DNA from: Halarcobacter sp.
GTDB taxonomy: Bacteria > Campylobacterota > Campylobacteria > Campylobacterales > Arcobacteraceae
Length of the DNA: 30,000 nt
Assembly (NCBI GenBank): GCA_030145305.1
Contig: JAQYVX010000001.1
Location: 299,357 to 329,356 of the forward strand
Direction of reading: 5' to 3'
Positions 1-7,037 of the stretch are shown here, piece by piece; the first letter of the stretch is position 1; each line of letters opens with the position of its first letter. A model generated the notes under the pieces. The model did not search any database. It saw nothing but the letters and a program-made list of their open reading frames with translations, and had not been told where the DNA came from. The position numbers were made by a program, and so were the translations under genes.

Positions 1-2
1 AA

Positions 3-614
3 GAAATAGAAGAGATAATAACCCAAGAGTCAAATGCTATAAAAGTATTTGATGCCATAAAAAAAAGCTTTCCTAAGAAATGCTTTGAAATGATTCTAAA
101 TATCTTTATGTGTGATAGCAAAAATTTTGAAATGCCCCTTTTAAAATATATAATATTAGGATTTAAAAATAAAAATGAACTTTTTAATATAAATAATGAA
201 GAGGTATTTTTTTTACAAAATTTAGAAAAAGAACTTTTTAGGCAAGTACATAAAATGTGTGGTTTTACAAGATTTAAAGAGCTTGAAGATGGAAGTTTAT
301 ACGCAAAAATAGAGACAAAATTTAATGTCCTCTATTTTTTAGGCAAGTACTTTTTTAAAAGATTAAATAATCAAAAATATATAATCCATGATATAAATAG
401 AAAAATTGCATTTATAAAAAATGATACTTATGTAGGTATACAAAATATTGCATCTTTTGAAGAACCAAAACTATCAACAAGTGAAAAAAAATTTGACAAG
501 CTATGGCAAACATTTTTTGACTCAACAGCAATAGAAAGTAGAGAGAATAAAAGATGCCAACAGAATTTGGTGCCCTTACTGTATAGAACGTACATGAATG
601 AATTTAAAAAATAA
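3..614 (+). CDS. DUF4130 / TIGR03915-type putative DNA-metabolism (uracil-DNA-glycosylase-associated) protein, 5'-truncated by the window edge
   Basis: The frame is open from base 3 with no stop before the first ATG at 90. The C-terminal LWQTFFDSTAIESRENKRCQQNLVPLLYRTYMNEF matches my recollection of the DUF4130 C-terminal signature. Confidence 0.6.
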   Translation, partial: EIEEIITQESNAIKVFDAIKKSFPKKCFEMILNIFMCDSKNFEMPLLKYIILGFKNKNELFNINNEEVFFLQNLEKELFRQVHKMCGFTRFKELEDGSLYAKIETKFNVLYFLGKYFFKRLNNQKYIIHDINRKIAFIKNDTYVGIQNIASFEEPKLSTSEKKFDKLWQTFFDSTAIESRENKRCQQNLVPLLYRTYMNEFKK

Positions 615-635
615 GATAGAATATTTTATAGATTT

Positions 636-663
636 TATAAAGAGAGAAAAATCTCTCTTTATA
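636..663. terminator. Bidirectional hairpin between convergent genes
   Basis: TATAAAGAGAGA-aaaa-TCTCTCTTTATA forms a 12-bp stem with a 4-nt loop between the stops at 614 (+) and 666 (-). Confidence 0.6.
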
Positions 664-665
664 AT

Positions 666-1058
666 TTACCATTTATTCCCTTGACCTTGACCTTGGCCTT
701 TTTGACCTTGTCCTTGTCCCATGCTTTTTTTATTGGTATTTCTTTGGTTTAATTTATCAGCATATCTTTTTTCTTGATAAGTTGTTAACTCTAAAGGAGT
801 AACTTTCCCATCATTATTTACATCAATATCAGAAAAATTTGCTGAATTATTTACATTTCTCATTAACTTACCAGATTCTACTTTTTGATTTATTCTTTGT
901 ACTTTTATAGCATCAAACTCTTTTGAAGTAATAACACCGTTATTATCTTTATCATAAGTAGAAAATTGCAAAGGACCTCTTGCTGGTAAAATATCAGCAG
1001 CTAAGATAGTTGCACCTAATACACAAAAACTAATTGTTAAAAGTTTTAAAGCTTTCAT
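666..1058 (-). CDS. Secreted EF-hand calcium-binding protein with a Gly/Gln-repeat tail
   Basis: Signal peptide MKALKLLTISFCVLGATILA. Two canonical 12-residue EF loops, DKDNNGVITSKE and DVNNDGKVTPLE. C-terminal GQGQGQKGQGQGQG repeat. Confidence 0.75.
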   Translation of the reverse strand: MKALKLLTISFCVLGATILAADILPARGPLQFSTYDKDNNGVITSKEFDAIKVQRINQKVESGKLMRNVNNSANFSDIDVNNDGKVTPLELTTYQEKRYADKLNQRNTNKKSMGQGQGQKGQGQGQGNKW

Positions 1059-1360
1059 AATGTCCTCCTTCGAACTCTTATTCCATAATTATATAATACT
1101 TTTATGAATCGATTTTAAACTGAATCTTAATTCACTCTTGATTTAGATATATAAATTAGTCTAAATTTTAGTCTAAAACAACTATAATAATAAATCTATT
1201 TAATATAAAATTTTAGTGTAAAACACCAACTAAAAATCAAGGATTTCCCATTAAAAAACTACTTATTATAATCATATACATATCATTTTTTTCAAATTAT
1301 CTACTTGCAAGTAATAAAGAAATTCTTAAGGAAGAAATTATTAAAAAAAATATTGGGAAA

Positions 1361-2368
1361 ATGCTAATTGTAGGCTTTCGAGGTACTGATATTAAAGAGC
1401 TTGACAAATTAATAAAAAATATAAATAAATATAATATTGGTGGAATAATTCTTTTTGATATAGATAGTCCTAGTAAATCCTTTCCTAGAAATATTATCAA
1501 TAAACCTCAACTAAAAAAACTTATTTCTGATATAAAAAATAAAACAAGAAAAGACTTGTTAGTTTCTATAGATTTAGAAGGGGGAAAAGTAAATAGATTA
1601 AAACCCAAATATGGATTTGAATATATAAAAAGCCAAAATCAAGTAGCAAAAGAAGGAAAAGAAGAAGCAAATATAGTATCAAAAAAAATAGCCAAAGAAT
1701 TGAAAGAAATGGGAATTAATCTAAATTTCGCACCCTCTGTTGATGTAAATATAAATCCTAATAATCCAATTATTGGAAAAATTGGACGTTCTTTTTCATC
1801 AAATCCAAAAATTGTTGGAGAGTTTGCCAATATTTATATTAAGAATTTTCAAAAAGAACAAATTATTCCTGTTATAAAACATTTTCCGGGTCATGGAAGT
1901 TCAAATAAAGATAGTCATTTAGGCTTAGTTGATCTTACACAAACATATAAAGAAAAAGAATTATTACCTTTTAAATCAATTATTGAAAATAATTATAAAG
2001 GAATGATAATGACAGCACATATAATGAACAAAAATATAGATAAAAATTTTCCCGCAACTCTTTCTAAAAAATTCATTGAAGGTAAATTAAGAAAAACTTT
2101 AAAGTTTGAAGGCGTAGTAGTAAGTGATGATATGGCAATGGGAGCAATTGTAAATCATTTTGGTTTTGACAATGCGTTAACACTTGCAATTAATGCAGGT
2201 TGTGATATGTTAGTTTTATCAAACAATGGCAAAAATTATGATGATAATTTAATAAAAAAAGCTGTTAATTCAATCTATAATTCAATAAAAAAAGAGAAAA
2301 TATCAATAAAAAAATTAGAGCAAGCTAACAAAAGAATAAAGATATTAAAAGAAACATTTATATTATAA
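1361..2368 (+). CDS. nagZ: Glycoside hydrolase family 3 beta-N-acetylhexosaminidase (NagZ-like); the true start is probably upstream at 1250 (see findings)
   Basis: GH3 N-terminal domain features are present: IGGIILF, NLNFAPSVDV, KHFPGHG and VVSDDMAMGAI. Confidence 0.8.
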   Translation: MLIVGFRGTDIKELDKLIKNINKYNIGGIILFDIDSPSKSFPRNIINKPQLKKLISDIKNKTRKDLLVSIDLEGGKVNRLKPKYGFEYIKSQNQVAKEGKEEANIVSKKIAKELKEMGINLNFAPSVDVNINPNNPIIGKIGRSFSSNPKIVGEFANIYIKNFQKEQIIPVIKHFPGHGSSNKDSHLGLVDLTQTYKEKELLPFKSIIENNYKGMIMTAHIMNKNIDKNFPATLSKKFIEGKLRKTLKFEGVVVSDDMAMGAIVNHFGFDNALTLAINAGCDMLVLSNNGKNYDDNLIKKAVNSIYNSIKKEKISIKKLEQANKRIKILKETFIL

Positions 2369-2385
2369 ATAGATATTTTTTTAAA

Positions 2386-2979
2386 TTAAAGTATTTTTAA
2401 CCACTGTCCTATTATTCTTTGCTCAGCTTTTACTGTTGTAGTTGCTCCATGACCTGGATATATTGTCATATCTTCTTTAATATTTAAAAATTGTTTAATA
2501 CTCATTTTCATATCTTTAGGTGAACTAAAAGGAAAATCAACACGACCAATTGAACCTTTAAAAATAAAATCGCCAGTAAAAAAAGCTTTTCCAATTTTAA
2601 TTGCACTACAGCCAGGAGTATGTCCTGGAAAATGAAAATATTGAATATTTAAATCAGCAAATGAAAAAGGTTTTTTGTCATTAACTTTTACATCAGGTTT
2701 ACTTAAAGCATAACCTTCATTTTCAAAATCATTTTCTAATAAAAAGGCATCCCCAATAGGACAATAAATTGGAATATCAAATGCTTCTTTTAAAGCTTTA
2801 TTTGACCAAATATGATCAGAATGCCCATGAGTATTAAGAATTACTAAAGGGTTTTTAACATTAGCTTTTACCCATGATACAGCACCCATTCCAGGGTCAA
2901 TTATTATTTCTTGTCCATTATTTGAAACTATATAACAGTTAGTTTGATATGGGCCCATTGGTTTACACAATATTTTCAT
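2386..2979 (-). CDS. MBL-fold metallo-hydrolase (glyoxalase II-like)
   Basis: THGHSDH metal-binding motif, a downstream GHTPG and a C-terminal PGHG. The ~197 aa length is typical. Confidence 0.8.
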   Translation of the reverse strand: MKILCKPMGPYQTNCYIVSNNGQEIIIDPGMGAVSWVKANVKNPLVILNTHGHSDHIWSNKALKEAFDIPIYCPIGDAFLLENDFENEGYALSKPDVKVNDKKPFSFADLNIQYFHFPGHTPGCSAIKIGKAFFTGDFIFKGSIGRVDFPFSSPKDMKMSIKQFLNIKEDMTIYPGHGATTTVKAEQRIIGQWLKIL

Positions 2980-3032
2980 ATAATTCTCTTTCCTTTATTT
3001 TATTGCTATAAGATTATTATCAATAAAATTAA

Positions 3033-3416
3033 TTATTCATAATCACTAGCAATTAATTCGTTAGTAATGTGTTCAACATTATTTTTACTGTCAACTAATA
3101 CAACTGTTGGTTTATGATTTTCAATTTCATTTTCATCTAATGAAGCATAGGCAATAATAATTATATTATCTCCTATTTGAACTTTTCTAGCAGCTGCACC
3201 ATTAAGACAAATATCTCTTTTTCCAAAACTTCCTTTAATCACATAAGTAGAAAATCTTTCTCCATTATTAATATCAACAATATCTACTTTTTGCCCTACT
3301 CTTAATTTTGCTTCATTCATCAATTCTTCATCTATTGTAATAGATCCAACATAGTTTAAATTCGCATCAGTTATAGTTGCTCTGTGAATTTTACTATATA
3401 ACATTTCAAACTTCAT
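3033..3416 (-). CDS. panD: Aspartate 1-decarboxylase
   Basis: [25 protein letters not shown] contains the G-S self-cleavage site, and NGAAAR is also present. The 127 aa length fits. Confidence 0.93.
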   Translation of the reverse strand: MKFEMLYSKIHRATITDANLNYVGSITIDEELMNEAKLRVGQKVDIVDINNGERFSTYVIKGSFGKRDICLNGAAARKVQIGDNIIIIAYASLDENEIENHKPTVVLVDSKNNVEHITNELIASDYE

Positions 3417-3478
3417 CTAACTCATTCCTTAAATTTATTATTTTTTGTATAAAGAATTAATTTTATACAAACTTTATT

Positions 3479-4198
3479 CTAACTATTTTTTTTTATCAAT
3501 TTCGTATAGTACTCTTCCAATAAATGTTTATATTCAGGTTTTAGATAAAATCCAAATAATTGATAATAATATTTTATTGTCATAGACAATGCTTTCTCTT
3601 TATCTAAAATACCAATTTTCACATCTTCTAATATTGTTTTATTAAATCTCAAACAAATATCATTAAAAGTTCTTGCACTACATTTTTCTATATATCCATC
3701 TTTTACACAATTTTCTAACATTGTATAACTACGTGAATATAGATTATTTATATGAAACATCTTATCTAAAAATTCAGGACCCTCATGTTCATTTACTTCT
3801 GGATAAAGTTCATAATACTGTTTAGTATACTTTTCAAATTTCTCATCACCATGAGAGAAAAATAGTAATTCAAAAATTTCTGGCTTTTCATAAGCATGTA
3901 TTGAGAAACATTTACAAACTGACATATAAATTTCAATAGAATTTTTACAATCCGAAATACAGTCTACTAAACTGTTATTGTATTCTTCAAGATAATGCAT
4001 ATTTGCAAGAAAAATTAAATGTGATAAGTTATCAAAATAATTATAAAGAGTTGCACTAGTATAACCTGCAAGATTGGCTACATTTCTAATAGTTACTCCC
4101 TCTATTCCTTCTTTTTTTATTATTTCTTCTGTCGCTTCAATAAAATAATTCATTATTCGTTCTTGTTTGAGTTGTATACGTTTTTCTTTAATATCCAT
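3479..4198 (-). CDS. TetR/AcrR-family transcriptional regulator
   Basis: N-terminal helix-turn-helix TIRNVANLAGYTSATLYNYF. It is the last gene in the cai-side gene string and the only regulator in the window. Confidence 0.85.
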   Translation of the reverse strand: MDIKEKRIQLKQERIMNYFIEATEEIIKKEGIEGVTIRNVANLAGYTSATLYNYFDNLSHLIFLANMHYLEEYNNSLVDCISDCKNSIEIYMSVCKCFSIHAYEKPEIFELLFFSHGDEKFEKYTKQYYELYPEVNEHEGPEFLDKMFHINNLYSRSYTMLENCVKDGYIEKCSARTFNDICLRFNKTILEDVKIGILDKEKALSMTIKYYYQLFGFYLKPEYKHLLEEYYTKLIKKNS

Positions 4199-4342
4199 TT
4201 TTTTCCTTTTTATTTATCTAAATGTTATTAATATCTAAACAAATTGTATCAAAGAAATGATCAATAATTTAAATATAATCAAGATTATATTTAAATTATA
4301 TCTTGTTTTACTTATAAAAATATTCAATTTACAATGCCATGA

Positions 4343-5950
4343 TCAAAATAAAACATTTCCTATTGCTTCATTATATGGTAAAGCCCAATATTTTATTAAA
4401 AATATAGTAATAACTATTCCTGAAATAATTAAAACATTAGCATATATTCTATCAATTTTGTAATCTTTTGCTATGATTTCTGTCTTTGGTACAATATGTA
4501 AATTGTTTTGAAAAGATATTTCTTCTTCTGTTTTAATTTGACCACGAGACCCAAGAATTCCAAAAATAATACTAACGAATACTCCTATAAAAAAAGGATG
4601 GAAAAAATTATCAAAAGGCATATCAAAAAATTCTTTTAAACATTTACTAATCAAATATCCAAAAAAACCACCTAACATTGAGAAAAAAGCACCACGTTCT
4701 GTAAGTGTTTTACTCCATACACTTGCAAAGGCTACATAACCCCAAGACGCGGCAATAATAGTACTTGCAAACCAAGCAATAATACGAATTGATGAAAGTT
4801 CTAAATAAGCTAGTATCACAGCTACTAAACTAACAATAAATATTATAACTCTTGTAAAATTAACTTGTGAAGAATCATTTTTAAATTTTATATCAAACAC
4901 ATCAGCTGAAGTACAAAAACTAACTACTGAAAGAAAAGTAGAAGCTGAAGACAATCCTGCTGCCATAATACCTGTTAAAAGAAGAACACCAACAAACTTT
5001 GGAACTATTTCAAAAGCTGTCCATATAATTACTCTCTCTGGTTGAACCATATTTGGATTTAATTGAATAACACTAATAGCCATTAAGTACAAGTATAAAA
5101 GAAAAAATACAGTTAAAATCATTCCAATTGTACCTGCTCTAAAGATAACATGTTCATTTTTAACCATTAAATTTCGTCCAGCTTGCCAAGGACTAACTGC
5201 TAATGTAACCATCCAAACTATACCAATAGTTACTCCATAAAAAATCATATCCATAGCAGATTTTCCATTCGTATTTCCATGATAACTAAGAAGTCCCTCT
5301 GGGGTATTTGGATTATTAAGAAGATTTGTTAATAAATCACTTACTCCTCCTGCTGCTGAAAATATATATTGTCCAGCAATAACAGTTGAAACTAAGAAAA
5401 ATATACACATTATAGTATCTGTAACAAGTACACCACGAGAACCTGAATATATAGTAAAAAACATAATACTTGCCCAAACAAGGATTAAACAGGTTAATCT
5501 ATCAAAGCCTGTCATAGTTTCCATTAACTGACCCGTTCCTTGAAGAACACTCAATAAATAAGAACTTAATGAAAAGATTGTTATCAACCCAGCAAACACC
5601 CGAATTCTTCTACTATTAAATCTTTTCCAAAAATACGCTGGCATAGTATTTACTTTTGACCGCCTTATATAACGCCCAAAATACAATCCACCAATTATAT
5701 AACCACAACCACAAAGAGCATTAATTATAAGTAGTGTTGTGATATTTCCAGTGTAAGCATAAGCAGTATCTCCCATGAAACCATTTGTACTAAGCATCGA
5801 GGCAAACATAGTCCCAGCTATAAATATAGTTGAAGCATTACGCCCAGAAACGTAATAATCTTCTACACTTTTTACTTTTCTACCTACATAAATTCCTACA
5901 AGAAGATAAACAACCATACTAAGAACAACACCAAAAACAAAAACATTCAT
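4343..5950 (-). CDS. Sodium:solute symporter (SSS/SSF) family transporter, substrate unknown
   Basis: 535 aa polytopic membrane protein with the SSF-like N-terminus YYVSGRN and multiple glycine-rich TM helices. Confidence 0.75.
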   Translation of the reverse strand: MNVFVFGVVLSMVVYLLVGIYVGRKVKSVEDYYVSGRNASTIFIAGTMFASMLSTNGFMGDTAYAYTGNITTLLIINALCGCGYIIGGLYFGRYIRRSKVNTMPAYFWKRFNSRRIRVFAGLITIFSLSSYLLSVLQGTGQLMETMTGFDRLTCLILVWASIMFFTIYSGSRGVLVTDTIMCIFFLVSTVIAGQYIFSAAGGVSDLLTNLLNNPNTPEGLLSYHGNTNGKSAMDMIFYGVTIGIVWMVTLAVSPWQAGRNLMVKNEHVIFRAGTIGMILTVFFLLYLYLMAISVIQLNPNMVQPERVIIWTAFEIVPKFVGVLLLTGIMAAGLSSASTFLSVVSFCTSADVFDIKFKNDSSQVNFTRVIIFIVSLVAVILAYLELSSIRIIAWFASTIIAASWGYVAFASVWSKTLTERGAFFSMLGGFFGYLISKCLKEFFDMPFDNFFHPFFIGVFVSIIFGILGSRGQIKTEEEISFQNNLHIVPKTEIIAKDYKIDRIYANVLIISGIVITIFLIKYWALPYNEAIGNVLF

Positions 5951-5954
5951 AAGA

Positions 5955-6080
5955 TTATTTCCCTTCTGTATTTTTTGAACAATACTTTTTTTCTTCTTTG
6001 TACATCTTAATATTAAGGAGTACGCCTATAAAAAACAAACAACTGCCTATAAAAATAGAAAATAATATTTCCCCCATCAT
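5955..6080 (-). CDS. Small (41 aa) single-TM membrane peptide, putative accessory subunit of the downstream symporter (not in the ORF track)
   Basis: Translates as MMGEILFSIFIGSCLFFIGVLLNIKMYKEEKKYCSKNTEGK. A GGAG lies 5 nt before the ATG. The stop is 4 nt before the symporter ATG, with the symporter RBS (GAAGGGAAA) inside its 3' end. Confidence 0.55.
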   Translation of the reverse strand: MMGEILFSIFIGSCLFFIGVLLNIKMYKEEKKYCSKNTEGK

Positions 6081-6107
6081 CTCGCTCCAATAATTTTCAT
6101 GCTTTTA

Positions 6108-6141
6108 TATAAAGCTATATGTATTAACATATAGCTTTATA
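6108..6141. promoter_or_regulatory. Perfect 14-bp inverted repeat (hairpin or operator) between the hydratase gene and the small ORF
   Basis: TATAAAGCTATATG-tattaa-CATATAGCTTTATA. No U-run follows it on the minus strand. Confidence 0.4.
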
Positions 6142-6154
6142 ATTAATCTACTAG

Positions 6155-7006
6155 TTATTTATACTCTGCTAATGCAAAATTTAAATAAATTGTTGCTGGA
6201 TCATCTGCATTAATAACTCTAAAGTGAATAGAGTTATCATCCCATTTCCAAATTTGTGTTGTAACATTAACACCTGGTAATAGTGGTTTTGTAATTCTTG
6301 TTTTAAATCTAGTTAATCTCTCAGAATCACCATCTAATACAGAATTAATAATATGTCTACAAGCAACACCTGCTGTACTTACAGCATGTAAGATAGGTCT
6401 TTCATAACCAATTTCTGCTGCATATTCCCAATCAACATGTTGTGGATGATCATCTCCTGAAAGTCTGTAAACACAAGCTCTATCTTCAGAGATTTTTTCA
6501 GTGATTTCAAAATCTGGCTCTCTTTCAGGAATTTCTACGATATCTTTAGGTGCTTTTGGTCCATTCCAACCACCATCAAAAATACAACAATCTGTACTTT
6601 CATTAGTAAATAATAGTGTTCCATCTTCATCATAAGTTTCACCAAAGTGAACTGCTAAAGTTCCTTTACCTTCACCTCTGTCATATAAACCTTTTAATAA
6701 AACTTTTGTGCTTAATTTACCTTCAAGTTTTTTCATTGGATTAATCATTTTAATATCAAAACTCCAATGTAAAGAACCAGTATAATCATATCCCCAGTCA
6801 ATTGTTTTTGTAACTATTGACTCAACGATAGGACAAGCTGCATACGTAGGAAGCATTTTCATATCTTTTTCGTAAACATATTGTAAATCTGTTTTACCAT
6901 CATATGCTGCTCCACTACCTAGTGCAAATAAACTTAAAGATTTCCAATCATATTCTTTCTCAAACGGACCAAATGTTTGTCCTACCATTTCTGTTTTAAT
7001 TGCCAT
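6155..7006 (-). CDS. MaoC-like / hydratase-2 double hot-dog (R)-specific enoyl-CoA hydratase, in the position of caiD
   Basis: 283 aa. The hydratase-2 motif YRLSGDDHPQHVD lies in the C-terminal half (G184-H190 at 6437-6457). AAGGA RBS 7 nt upstream. Located 31 nt downstream of caiC. Confidence 0.75.
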   Translation of the reverse strand: MAIKTEMVGQTFGPFEKEYDWKSLSLFALGSGAAYDGKTDLQYVYEKDMKMLPTYAACPIVESIVTKTIDWGYDYTGSLHWSFDIKMINPMKKLEGKLSTKVLLKGLYDRGEGKGTLAVHFGETYDEDGTLLFTNESTDCCIFDGGWNGPKAPKDIVEIPEREPDFEITEKISEDRACVYRLSGDDHPQHVDWEYAAEIGYERPILHAVSTAGVACRHIINSVLDGDSERLTRFKTRITKPLLPGVNVTTQIWKWDDNSIHFRVINADDPATIYLNFALAEYK

Positions 7007-7037
7007 TTTTTATTCCTTTTTATATTTACTATTTTAT

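Noticed and set aside
493-1394. TTGACAAG-like -35 sequences inside coding regions (about 493-500 and about 1389-1394)
   Set aside because: They have no acceptable -10 box at a 16-18 nt spacing and lie within ORFs. They are likely chance occurrences.
1297-1830. ORF-track entries 1297-1500(-) and 1639-1830(-), antisense to nagZ
   Set aside because: They lie entirely inside and antisense to a well-supported GH3 gene. They encode low-complexity I/L/F/S-rich peptides with no RBS, which is typical of shadow ORFs in AT-rich DNA.
4257-4463. 68-aa plus-strand ORF spanning the TetR/symporter intergenic region
   Set aside because: It overlaps the 3' end of the symporter gene on the opposite strand. 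It is an I/L/K-rich low-complexity peptide with no RBS.
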